This document shows, piece by piece, positions 9,586 to 18,847 of a stretch of 64,000 nucleotides of DNA; the stretch's first letter is position 1, and every line of letters begins with the position of its first letter. Under the pieces are notes generated by a model. The model was not told the DNA's origin. It worked only from the letters and a program-made list of their open reading frames with translations, and made no database searches. Made by a program: the position numbers and the translations under genes. The DNA comes from Gammaproteobacteria bacterium (GTDB lineage Bacteria > Pseudomonadota > Gammaproteobacteria > SZUA-152): assembly GCA_021647705.1 (NCBI GenBank), contig JAKIUF010000014.1, forward strand, positions 1,577 through 65,576, read 5' to 3'.

Positions 9586-11166
9586 ATGTTCCGACTAAAA
9601 CTTACCTTGGCACTTGCCATACTATTAAGCATTGTGCTGTTACTAGCCGCCACTCTGTATTGGGGGGCCCAACGGGAAGAATATTATTTTCAACGCAGCC
9701 AGCTAGCCCATGATGCCGCCCTAGCCTACGTTCAGCTCTCCCACGACGCCTATCGTCACTTCAAAAAGCTGGTGGACATCGTAGCGCTTGACGGCGATAT
9801 CAGCGTAGAACAGGCAAAACTCTCTTACCAGAAACTCCAGCAATCGCTCAACCAGCTGCAGATCGCCACCAATGCTGAAATAAATCATGTGGATGAACAG
9901 GAGTTGGTACAGGAAACACAAGAACTTGAGCTGATCAATGAAATCGAAAAACTGCTGGCTGAGGGAACCTTGGCATTTGAACGCATCATGTCATTGCAGC
10001 GCCGTGGCGCAGAAGAACCGGCGCAAGCCGTATTAAGAACGGTGCTGGAACAGACCATCGATCAGCAGTTCAATCCCATTATCGATAGAGCAATTGCTGA
10101 AGAACGTGAGGAGCTAACAAACGCCCGCCAACAGGCCCAACAATTACTGGATGATCTTAAGTGGATGGCTGCAATAACCGCCGTAGTAACATTCTTCCTA
10201 GCACTGGCCATGGCCGCCTGGTTATTGCACAGTCTCAGTACTCCGTTGAACCAACTGGTAAAGGGGGTACGCCAAGTAGCCAAAAATGATCTGACGCACC
10301 GTATCAAGTTATCCGGGCGCAACGAGTTCACCTACCTAGCCAAAAACTTCAACGACATGACCCAGCAGCTGACTCAACAACGACAGCATCTGCTGCTGGC
10401 TCAAGCGGAATTGGAAAACAAAGTGGATACCCGTACCTATGAACTCCAACAGGCCAATGAAAAACTGCAGCACATCGACGAAGGCCGATTGCGTTTTTTA
10501 GCCGACATCAGCCATGAATTACGTACTCCACTGACGGCCATTCGCGGTGAAGCTGAGGTAACCGCACGAGGCAAAAATAAATCTACGAAAGAATATCGTG
10601 ATGCCCTCATCCGAATTGTTGAGCTTAGCGGCCAGTTGGGAAAACTAGTGGAAGACCTGTTATTCATGGCTCGCTCCGAATCCGCCAGCCTTCGTTTCAA
10701 TCTCTCCCCACTGGTATTAAATAATTTGCTCAATGATGTTTGTGAAAATACCCAAGCACTGGTTCGACAACAACAACTGCACTTAAGTCTGGAATTGCCA
10801 GAACACGACATCAGTGTTTCTGGTGATCGAATGCGCTTACGCCAGGTATTATTAATTCTGATTGACAACGCTTGTCGCTATTCCCGGTCCGACAGCAAAA
10901 TCATCATCACCCTGCACGCTGACAAAGACCGTGCCATCATGGTCGTCAGCGACCAGGGAATAGGTATTCCATCTGCGGAACTGGTAGAGGTGTTCAAACG
11001 TTTCTATCGAGGAAAACAAGCGCGCAACAAGGTTCCTTCCGGTTCCGGGCTGGGGTTGCCCCTGGCCAAATCAATTATTAAAGCACATCAAGGCACGATT
11101 GAAGCAAGCAGTACCCCAGGCCGGGGTACCCAAGTAACAATTACCCTGCCAATATTATCTCTGTAA
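9586..11166 (+). CDS. two-component sensor histidine kinase (two TM segments, HAMP, HisKA, HATPase)
   Basis: N-terminal TM (LTLALAILLSIVLLLAATLYW), second TM (WMAAITAVVTFFLALAMAAWLL), H-box SHELRTPLTAIRGEAE, and G-boxes DQGIGI and GSGLGLPLAKSII. Confidence 0.9.
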   Translation: MFRLKLTLALAILLSIVLLLAATLYWGAQREEYYFQRSQLAHDAALAYVQLSHDAYRHFKKLVDIVALDGDISVEQAKLSYQKLQQSLNQLQIATNAEINHVDEQELVQETQELELINEIEKLLAEGTLAFERIMSLQRRGAEEPAQAVLRTVLEQTIDQQFNPIIDRAIAEEREELTNARQQAQQLLDDLKWMAAITAVVTFFLALAMAAWLLHSLSTPLNQLVKGVRQVAKNDLTHRIKLSGRNEFTYLAKNFNDMTQQLTQQRQHLLLAQAELENKVDTRTYELQQANEKLQHIDEGRLRFLADISHELRTPLTAIRGEAEVTARGKNKSTKEYRDALIRIVELSGQLGKLVEDLLFMARSESASLRFNLSPLVLNNLLNDVCENTQALVRQQQLHLSLELPEHDISVSGDRMRLRQVLLILIDNACRYSRSDSKIIITLHADKDRAIMVVSDQGIGIPSAELVEVFKRFYRGKQARNKVPSGSGLGLPLAKSIIKAHQGTIEASSTPGRGTQVTITLPILSL

Positions 11167-11177
11167 GGATACACGCA

Positions 11178-11882
11178 ATGACGCTATTGATTATCGAAGA
11201 TGATGAACGGATTTTACAATTTATCAAGCGAGGACTGGAAGCAGAAGGTTATCTGATTGAAACAGCCGCTAACGGAAAACTGGGTTTACAGCTCGCAACT
11301 CACATCGAATATGATCTGTTATTACTGGACCTGATGCTTCCTGACATCAGCGGCCAGGATATCTGTCGCCAACTGCGTCAGCAAGGTATCACCACGCCGA
11401 TTCTGATACTCACCGCTATGGATGCCCTGGAAGACAAGGTGACGGGTCTGCACATAGGAGCGGATGACTACCTCACCAAACCCTTTTCCTTTGACGAGTT
11501 GATTGCCCGTATTCAGGCGCTACTACGACGCAGCCAGGGCTATAAAGAACAACCCATAAAACTACAGATATCTGACCTGACGCTCAACCGGGAGACCCGG
11601 GAAGTGCATCGTGCAGGTCAGCTCATCGAATTGACTCCCAAGGAGCATGCGCTACTGGAATATTTCATGAACGCCCCGGGGCGGGTGTTCAGCCGTAGCA
11701 AAATACTCGATCAGGTGTGGGGCTACAACACAGACCCGTTAACCAATGTAGTGGAAGTCCACATTCGTAATCTCAGAAAAAAAGTGGATGATGGATTTCC
11801 CACATCACTCATCAAAACTGTACGAGGCTTTGGTTACAAACTGGGGGTAACTCAGCCCTCTCCTTTGAAAAAGGAGGGTTAA
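11178..11882 (+). CDS. OmpR-family response regulator
   Basis: Receiver domain (LLIIEDDE..., LLLLDLMLPDISG, KPF) plus a winged-helix output (LTPKEHALLEYF..., VRGFGYKL). Lies 11 nt after the kinase gene. Confidence 0.92.
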   Translation: MTLLIIEDDERILQFIKRGLEAEGYLIETAANGKLGLQLATHIEYDLLLLDLMLPDISGQDICRQLRQQGITTPILILTAMDALEDKVTGLHIGADDYLTKPFSFDELIARIQALLRRSQGYKEQPIKLQISDLTLNRETREVHRAGQLIELTPKEHALLEYFMNAPGRVFSRSKILDQVWGYNTDPLTNVVEVHIRNLRKKVDDGFPTSLIKTVRGFGYKLGVTQPSPLKKEG

Positions 11883-11961
11883 GAGGGATTTGGCTAAATT
11901 GCAGGTGCTTTATCTATATTTATCCTAAAATTGAGAGTGATAATACATAGAGTGTATGCAC

Positions 11962-12150
11962 GGTCATGGTGGAACCGCTACGCTTGTTCCACCCTACTCC
12001 ACTATCGATATCCAGCTCCACCCTCTACTCGGGTAGGGTGAAACAAGCGTAGCGGTTCCACCATGACCTACAATTCTACTCTGTGTTGAATAAAGCGAAA
12101 CAAAAAAACCTACCTTCTATTCGAGCAGGGCTTAGCCTGACGGCTATGGG
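11962..12150. repeat. REP-like family A: inverted pair of GGTGGAACCGCTACGCTTGTTCCACCCTAC units plus an about 80-bp tail
   Basis: The unit is itself a hairpin (8-bp stem GGTGGAAC/GTTCCACC, 10-nt loop). Inverted units lie at 11962-11997 and 12033-12068. The tail CTGTGTTGAATAAAGCG...GGGCTTAGCCTGACGGCTATGGG recurs at 27764-27860. Confidence 0.7.
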
Positions 12151-12193
12151 CTTAAGGCGGCATAATTATTAACTTTTGGCGACAACTATCTTG

Positions 12194-12268
12194 AACCTAA
12201 CACATCAGTTGAGCCTACTACGAGCATCTAAGGTGCTCTCGCTACGACTCAACTGATTAATGTAGGTT
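12194..12268. repeat. 75-nt imperfect palindrome in a convergent intergenic region
   Basis: AACCTAACACATCAGTTGAG...CTCAACTGATTAATGTAGGTT with an inner GAGCATC/GGTGCTC stem. Lies between the 3' ends of the response-regulator and methyltransferase genes. Confidence 0.5.
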
Positions 12269-12430
12269 GAAAAACACCGGCATGCACACCAACTCGATTG
12301 TGATAACCAACAACGAAATACGCGAAATTATTGAATCATGACGCTAGACGCCTGAAATTTTTAGACGATGGGCAGGGTGTATTCCATGCACCATAAATTG
12401 ATAATGTTGATTATCAAACATCAACAACCC

Positions 12431-13090
12431 CTAGTTAATTTTTTGGGCAAGAGCCCAGCCACTGCCTTCGAGCAACATAAAATTACCGTAGCATGGATGT
12501 TGTTTTACCAGTAGCTCGAAGATATCTCTAACATGGGGTGTTTCTTGTTCCTCCGCAGATAATGAGCGATGAGTGATACCATCGGTGATATCACGCCGGT
12601 TGTCCGCCGCCGCATAAGTCCAGTTATAGTCATCAAAAATAATCCAGGCATTTTTTTTAAGAAGTTTATCTGCAAAGAAAAAAGCTGCACCATCAATAGT
12701 CCAATTTTTGGGGCCGTCAATAATGCACAGATCATAAATTTCATTGCACGTATTATCTTTTGTGTTTCTTAAAATTTCATCATGCAAAAACCAAGTATAA
12801 CCTGTTTGCATACGTACCACATTGGCGATTTCCGCTAAGCCTGATTTCTGTAATTGCTCTTCTGCCGATGGTTGGAAACTGTTTTTAAATAAGTCTACTG
12901 CTGTGATTGACCCTTTACCAAGCTCCTGTAACGCTGCGGCCATATAGCAAGTAGCTGTTCCATGAGCAATCCCCAGCTCAAGAATATGCGTCAGCTCTTC
13001 CCTTAAAATAAGATCGTAAAGGAATTGGGCATTTTTCGTTTTGATATATTTTACACCACCAACAATTGAATATATTTCTTCGAATTTCAT
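12431..13090 (-). CDS. class I SAM-dependent methyltransferase
   Basis: 219 aa. SAM-binding motif I ILELGIAHGTATCYMAAAL and an acidic loop AVDL. Last gene of the minus-strand operon, 36 nt after the barrel gene. Confidence 0.75.
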   Translation of the reverse strand: MKFEEIYSIVGGVKYIKTKNAQFLYDLILREELTHILELGIAHGTATCYMAAALQELGKGSITAVDLFKNSFQPSAEEQLQKSGLAEIANVVRMQTGYTWFLHDEILRNTKDNTCNEIYDLCIIDGPKNWTIDGAAFFFADKLLKKNAWIIFDDYNWTYAAADNRRDITDGITHRSLSAEEQETPHVRDIFELLVKQHPCYGNFMLLEGSGWALAQKIN

Positions 13091-13126
13091 TTCTTTCTCC
13101 TTTAATAATGTGTACTAGGTTCAACA

Positions 13127-14563
13127 TCAAAAATTGTATTCGGCCTGAAAATTGATACTCGATGCCGCTCGACCAGAAAACTTGCCATAGGCTTTGCCGG
13201 CGCGAAATTGAGCGGCAATCAGTTCAAATTCCCATTGTTTCGATTCCTCTAATCCCAGGATGATGTTGAATTCTTCGCCGATGTCGCGGTATTCACCTGC
13301 CGGATCGGTACGTAGTCGACTGTTACGCAGCTGATCCGTGGCGTAGATTTGCATGTAGCGGTGATAAACCAATTCAACAGAGCTGTCTTTTAGCAATGGA
13401 AAACCTAACGCAACTGTTTGGATATTCAGGTTGGAGAGCTCGGGGCGTAACAATTCACCATAGTAGCGAAAACTGTTGACGCCACGAAACTTGTCATCAT
13501 TACTTTGCAGCCCACTTTGGCGATACGCGCGGTTCATGTCATCATTGGGATCCGCGTCGCCAGAACCTATTGCGTAGCCGAAGGTCAATCGCGGTTGATA
13601 AGGCAGTTTAGTCTCCCAGGTAGCGCCGACATCGAGTCCCCAGCCATAGCGACTACGTTCGCGTCGCTTGCTGACCAGGCTCTGATTGTTACCGATTTTG
13701 TCAAAATCAATCTGCGTTTCTTTGCCATAAACAATGCCACTGTCTAACCAGTAATGAAGTCTTCCTAAATCAGTTTTTTTTAATTTTCCGCGGCTACGCA
13801 GACCGAACCAATTGATCACGGCATCTTCCTCGTCCTCCAGTGCCGCAGGGATGATAGCGCCTACTGCGGGCGTCGTGGAGTGATCGAAGTGGAATAGATA
13901 GAATGCTTCGAAGTAATTTTTTTTTGTCCATTCCCAATTTATGCTGGCCAGTAGCCAGATAATATTTTCATCTTCGGGGTTCAAATCATCATTCTCGGTG
14001 GAAATCGTGGTCGGGTTTACGCCAATGCTGAATTGGGCCTTGAGCGTATCACCAGTATACTGAACGCGTACGGCGTCCAATTTTTTATCCCACCACCATT
14101 CGCGCTGGTCACCGAAATATTGACGGCCTATTTGCATGCTTATTAGGTCGTAATTTCCGAATCCTTTCAGGTATATCCACCATTCTCCGATTTCGATTTC
14201 GCCTGTTGATTCTGTGTCGTTATCTTCCGTATACAACTCTGTTTGGTAACTGGAATCGATTTCAAAATAAAACGATGTATTGGGTGTCAAACGATAGAGG
14301 AACTCCAATTGTAGGCCGAGGCTGAGGCGTGAGTCATCATCGTCGCGTCGGCCGAGCGATAAATCCTCGCGGTACCTCAGCTTAGTATCGACTTCACCAC
14401 CAATGGTCAAGGGCCGATTGAACAGCTGCAAGGTCAATTGCTCTTCGGGCCGCTCTTCGTCCTGTGGACGCTGAGTGAATGGAGGCACGTTCTGGAGATT
14501 TTGCGCGACAGCGACCGAACAGGTCGCTGTTAGACTCAGCGTTAGGCAACAAGTCAAGGTCAT
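13127..14563 (-). CDS. outer-membrane beta-barrel, alginate-export (AlgE-like) family (tentative)
   Basis: Start placed at the ATG giving the signal peptide MTLTCCLTLSLTATCSVAVAQ; the tracked ORF starts at a TTG 38 codons upstream. Alternating-hydrophobicity strands run throughout, and the C-terminus ends ...FQAEYNF (terminal Phe typical of OMPs). Confidence 0.55.
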   Translation of the reverse strand: MTLTCCLTLSLTATCSVAVAQNLQNVPPFTQRPQDEERPEEQLTLQLFNRPLTIGGEVDTKLRYREDLSLGRRDDDDSRLSLGLQLEFLYRLTPNTSFYFEIDSSYQTELYTEDNDTESTGEIEIGEWWIYLKGFGNYDLISMQIGRQYFGDQREWWWDKKLDAVRVQYTGDTLKAQFSIGVNPTTISTENDDLNPEDENIIWLLASINWEWTKKNYFEAFYLFHFDHSTTPAVGAIIPAALEDEEDAVINWFGLRSRGKLKKTDLGRLHYWLDSGIVYGKETQIDFDKIGNNQSLVSKRRERSRYGWGLDVGATWETKLPYQPRLTFGYAIGSGDADPNDDMNRAYRQSGLQSNDDKFRGVNSFRYYGELLRPELSNLNIQTVALGFPLLKDSSVELVYHRYMQIYATDQLRNSRLRTDPAGEYRDIGEEFNIILGLEESKQWEFELIAAQFRAGKAYGKFSGRAASSINFQAEYNF

Positions 14564-14673
14564 CCTGGAAAAATTAATTGAGGATGGATTTTTGTGAAAC
14601 CAGTGTTGCTTTATTTGCATAGGTAAACGGGGTTCTAACAAACACAATGCTTTGCAATATTCCATAGCGGTGG

Positions 14674-15699
14674 TCAACTGTCGAAACGTTGTTCCACGAG
14701 TTCAAGTAAGGCTTGTGTATAGGGACGCCGTTCGGGCGACAAGGTGCTAATATAGATATGTCTTGCCAGCGTCAAGGTGGTATAGACGTGAATAGTTTGC
14801 GCAGTGATCTTGGGATTGAGTTGCAAAAACCGTTGCGCCAGCGCGTGTTCTACATAAGCTAGCGCACTAGGGTCTCCCAATGTACGTAAACTAAATTCAG
14901 TGATATGTGCAATGAAATTACCGATATCAAGTGCGGGATCCCCTTTACAATACAAATCAAAATCCAACAGATAAAGTGCCTCACCATCGGCAATAATTTG
15001 CTCGGCGTAAAAATCCCGATGGATACCGCATACGACGGCTGGCGGTAAGCTGTTTCCGAGGCTTTCACAACGGCGAATGATGTGCTCAATTCGGCTCGAC
15101 CACTGGGGGTAAGCATTGACTATTATGCCCAAACGTTGGTGTAAAATAGTTAATTCATCCGCCATGGTGTGGTCGCGACGTGTGGGCACGCCGCTGCGAT
15201 GGATTTTGTTTGCGGCTTCGGCAACACGCACTGCCAAGTGTTCTCCCTGTGGACCGGCAAATAGTTGCTCCAGCGTAACACCCGGTACTTTGAGCTGTAG
15301 CCACATATGCCAACGCGGAATCTCTCCAACAGGGCGTGGTATTGCGATGCCGTCGTCGCTTTGCGCGTTCATGCCAGCCTCCCATAGCCCGTTGACCGCA
15401 GCCCAAGTGCGGCGGTCATGCGCTTTCATTCGTATTTTTCCGATCAACGTCAGCGGTTGAGGTCTGCGTGCGGGATGTTTGATCAGAAGGTCGTATTCAA
15501 TCAGGCAACGCCGTCCAGGCTTGTGATGGCTAACACGAATCGCAGTGAGTTCCGGCAAGACACCATCGCGCCGAAAAAAGGGCAGGCGTGATAATTCGGT
15601 TTGTACCGCTGTAGCGTCGAGCGCCTGATGGGCACGCTTGAAAGTTTCGTTGGCCAGACAGGTCGATGGGTTTTTAACCGTCATATTCAGGCTGCTCAT
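14674..15699 (-). CDS. kinase-fold protein (aminoglycoside phosphotransferase / APH-like family)
   Basis: 341 aa. Catalytic loop GIHRDFYAEQII followed by LLDFDLYCKGDPALDIGNFIAHI (Brenner motif plus DFD metal-binding motif). Confidence 0.75.
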   Translation of the reverse strand: MSSLNMTVKNPSTCLANETFKRAHQALDATAVQTELSRLPFFRRDGVLPELTAIRVSHHKPGRRCLIEYDLLIKHPARRPQPLTLIGKIRMKAHDRRTWAAVNGLWEAGMNAQSDDGIAIPRPVGEIPRWHMWLQLKVPGVTLEQLFAGPQGEHLAVRVAEAANKIHRSGVPTRRDHTMADELTILHQRLGIIVNAYPQWSSRIEHIIRRCESLGNSLPPAVVCGIHRDFYAEQIIADGEALYLLDFDLYCKGDPALDIGNFIAHITEFSLRTLGDPSALAYVEHALAQRFLQLNPKITAQTIHVYTTLTLARHIYISTLSPERRPYTQALLELVEQRFDS

Positions 15700-15710
15700 G
15701 TTTGTGACCT

Positions 15711-17000
15711 TTAGTTTGTCGAGTAAGGTGAATGCAGAATGTCATTGACGCGTTCCAACATAGCTTGTATATCCTGAGGCCAATTGGGCTTGTGGTGTCT
15801 AAAAGATTTATGGGTCACCGCAAACAACGCAGTCGCTATGTGATAATGCAGTGTTTGCGTCACCTGTTGCTGGGCGGTGAATTGATAGCCTTCGATGAAT
15901 GCATCAATCAGTAATTCAGTCTGGCTAGGTGCTATTTTTCCTTTATGCTCGTACTTGAATAGGCATGCGATGAATAAACCTAGATCCTCTATCGGGTTGC
16001 CGCAGACGTTTTCATCATGGTCGATAATCGCGACTTGACCTTGATCCAGCAAAACGATTTGACTCGGGGAGAAATCACCATGTATGCGCTGCGTAACGGG
16101 CACCTCTTGCAACAGTTTTTGGCCGATGCGGGTGGCAAGGTCTTGGGCAAATGCAGCCAGTGGTGGGTGAAGCAGAGCAATGGTGGTTGCAACAGTATTT
16201 AATTTGTTGACTTTCATGCTGAGTGTTCGCTGTTTCAAACCGTCGGTTGCTAGGGTGTGAAATTCAGCCAGTGCAGCACCGATGGCGTATAGAGAAGATG
16301 CAGCCGTCGAGGCAACGATCGTTTCAGTATCCACCAATCGTCCAGGGAACCATTCGAATAACAGGCTTTGGTGACGTTGTGATCGTCCCAAGATACGGGG
16401 TGTTCGTAATCGAGCGGTGGTGGGACTATCGATCACATTAGCCACTGCTGACGAATGATAATCGCGTTCACGATAATGTTTCAATAATGCGCTAGTGCCG
16501 TGTTCGAAGTGGACGCGGCCGACGTAGCGTCGTTGCGGTTTATACGCCAGGGTTTTGATATCTCCCGAAATATTGCCTAACGAAGCTTCAACGTTAGCAG
16601 GCAATAAATTTCTCATGATAGCTTGCCGGTTATCAGGATTCATCAACGATGCGAGAGAGGTCAGTTTGCTGTCTCCTGGAAAGATGGAAAGCAACACTTG
16701 ACTCTGTAGCTCGATGTGGTGATTACCGCTGACTATAGGCAACTTGCTCCAGCGTTTATCATTATAAGCTGTCGCATGGACTAACAGCGGTGTGTTAGCA
16801 TTTGGAATTCTGACTTGGTAAGCCCCCAGACAAAATTGTGTTGGGCGATAACGGATATAGGTTAATTGTGCATTGCTCACATTCAGTTCGGGCTGAGCGC
16901 TGTTTAATGCATTAAAAAAGGCATCAGGATCCACTATTATCTTCATACCAGCAATGGTTTGATCCCTTTGTACAAGCTTGGCATTAGCGGTTGACAACAT
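15711..17000 (-). CDS. kinase-fold protein (APH-like family), paralogue of the downstream gene
   Basis: 429 aa. Catalytic loop IHGDFSPSQIVLL then AIIDHDENVCGNPIEDLGLFIA. The start overlaps the ABC gene stop by 17 nt. Confidence 0.7.
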   Translation of the reverse strand: MLSTANAKLVQRDQTIAGMKIIVDPDAFFNALNSAQPELNVSNAQLTYIRYRPTQFCLGAYQVRIPNANTPLLVHATAYNDKRWSKLPIVSGNHHIELQSQVLLSIFPGDSKLTSLASLMNPDNRQAIMRNLLPANVEASLGNISGDIKTLAYKPQRRYVGRVHFEHGTSALLKHYRERDYHSSAVANVIDSPTTARLRTPRILGRSQRHQSLLFEWFPGRLVDTETIVASTAASSLYAIGAALAEFHTLATDGLKQRTLSMKVNKLNTVATTIALLHPPLAAFAQDLATRIGQKLLQEVPVTQRIHGDFSPSQIVLLDQGQVAIIDHDENVCGNPIEDLGLFIACLFKYEHKGKIAPSQTELLIDAFIEGYQFTAQQQVTQTLHYHIATALFAVTHKSFRHHKPNWPQDIQAMLERVNDILHSPYSTN

Positions 17001-18822
17001 CGTTATGTTCCTCTTGATTTACGCCTTTGAGGCCTGCTTTGAACATGGCCGCATAGCGTTGGTTGATTTGCATGAGTTCGGCGTGAGTGCCTTGTTCAAC
17101 AATGCGTCCTTGCTCAAGCATCCATATGGCATCGGCGTGCATGGCATGGTGCAAATGATGAGTGATTTGAAAAGTGGTACGACCTTTCGATAGCCGCTTG
17201 AGTGCATCGACAACAGCGATTTCGTTTTCACGGTCAAGACCTGTAGTAGGCTCATCCAGAATCAATATCGGTGAGCGACGCATTGCGGTTCTAGCAAGAG
17301 CAATGCGTTGTCGTTGGCCATTCGAGAGCGTAGCGCCACGTTCGCTAATAACCGTGTCATAACCTTTAGGTAAGGACAGGATAAATGCATGGGCATTGGC
17401 CAATTTAGCGGCAGTTTCGATTTCTGCATCGCTGGCATCAGAGATGCCGTAAGCGATATTATTGCGCACGCTGGTGGCGAATATGCAAGAGTCTTGCAGC
17501 GCCACGCTGATCTGGCAGCGCAACGAATGCACGCTGAAGTCACGAATATCATGACCGTCAATCAGTATTCGGCCGCTTTGTGGGTCGTACAAACGTAATA
17601 ACAGGCTTATGATTGTGGATTTTCCACTACCGGAGGCACCGACCAACGCAATTTGTTGACCGGCGGTTACTGAAAAATTCAAGTCTTGAAATACTGGATG
17701 TTTGGCTTCGTAGGCAAAGTTGACCTGCTCAAAGCGGATGTGCCCCTGTAGCGGCGGCGCGGGTTGCGCATGAGGTAAGTCACAGATGTCGGGTGTCTGC
17801 TCAAAAATATCCAGCACACGTTCGCCGGAAGTGGCGGCCTTGGCAAGTCGACTGACCTGTTTGGAAAATTTTCTGACTGGTTTGAACGCGGATTTAAGAT
17901 ACGCAAGAATCACGAGTAACTCACCAGGAGAGAGTTCGTTATTTAAAACTAGACGTGCGCCAAACCATAATACCAATGCGGTGACCACACCGATAAGGAT
18001 ACCCACTGTGCCAGTCAATAAGGCACTAAATCGTTTGGCGCGTACGCTGTGGTGGAGATCTTTACGGTTGTTGACGCCAAATGAATGAGCAAATTTATTA
18101 TCGAGTGACAGTGCCTGTACGGTTTTAATCGACGCAATGGATTCGGCCGCAGTAGAGGCCATGGCACCTTCCTGATAGCGTTGTTTGCGAGATGCTTTTT
18201 GGATTCGTTTCCCAAGATAACTTGCCGCCAACCCAAACAACGGTATGACTGCCAACGCAATCAATGCCAGCTGCCAGTGTAACCAGAATATGATGCCAAA
18301 CATGCTGACCAGCAATACCAAACTGCCAAACAACGGCAGTACGGTATTGATCATCACGTCTTTGACAATGCCGAGATCATTGATGACCCGCGTAATCAGA
18401 TCCCCGCTTTTGTTTTTAGTGTGGAAACTCAGAGATAAGGTTTGTAGATGTTGGTAGAGATCCTGACGAACCGTAGCCAATACCCGGCTACCGATCAGTG
18501 CAAAACCGATGGTATGGAAATAGCTTGCCAAGGCCTTGAGTCCTGCGATAACGACCACTGCGACAGCAGATAATATCAATAATATCTCTGGGTTTGATAA
18601 TACGTCACCTGCACTAGGATCTTGAATAATGAGATGGTCGATCAAAAATTTGAGCGGCCACGGAGCAGCGATCACGAATAAAATTTCACACAGCAGCGCA
18701 ATAAACGAACCTGTCAGTAATAGCCGGTAGGCACCCATTTTAGCCGAAAAAAAATGGGCTATCCGCCATAAGCCTGGAGCACTGTCACCGAGATTTTTAC
18801 TTTTTCCCATCGCGTTTCTCAT
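16984..18822 (-). CDS. ABC exporter, fused TMD-NBD half-transporter (MsbA/NdvA-like)
   Basis: 612 aa. Six-helix N-terminal domain, Walker A GASGSGKST, signature LSNGQRQRIALART, Walker B ILILDEPTTGLD. Confidence 0.9.
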   Translation of the reverse strand: MRNAMGKSKNLGDSAPGLWRIAHFFSAKMGAYRLLLTGSFIALLCEILFVIAAPWPLKFLIDHLIIQDPSAGDVLSNPEILLILSAVAVVVIAGLKALASYFHTIGFALIGSRVLATVRQDLYQHLQTLSLSFHTKNKSGDLITRVINDLGIVKDVMINTVLPLFGSLVLLVSMFGIIFWLHWQLALIALAVIPLFGLAASYLGKRIQKASRKQRYQEGAMASTAAESIASIKTVQALSLDNKFAHSFGVNNRKDLHHSVRAKRFSALLTGTVGILIGVVTALVLWFGARLVLNNELSPGELLVILAYLKSAFKPVRKFSKQVSRLAKAATSGERVLDIFEQTPDICDLPHAQPAPPLQGHIRFEQVNFAYEAKHPVFQDLNFSVTAGQQIALVGASGSGKSTIISLLLRLYDPQSGRILIDGHDIRDFSVHSLRCQISVALQDSCIFATSVRNNIAYGISDASDAEIETAAKLANAHAFILSLPKGYDTVISERGATLSNGQRQRIALARTAMRRSPILILDEPTTGLDRENEIAVVDALKRLSKGRTTFQITHHLHHAMHADAIWMLEQGRIVEQGTHAELMQINQRYAAMFKAGLKGVNQEEHNDVVNR

Positions 18823-18847
18823 TGCAGTTTTTACACCGTATACCTCA

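Noticed and set aside
14564-14677. TTG-initiated 38-codon leader of the outer-membrane barrel ORF
   Set aside because: The internal ATG at 14563 gives a proper signal peptide, and the leader has none. The true start remains uncertain.
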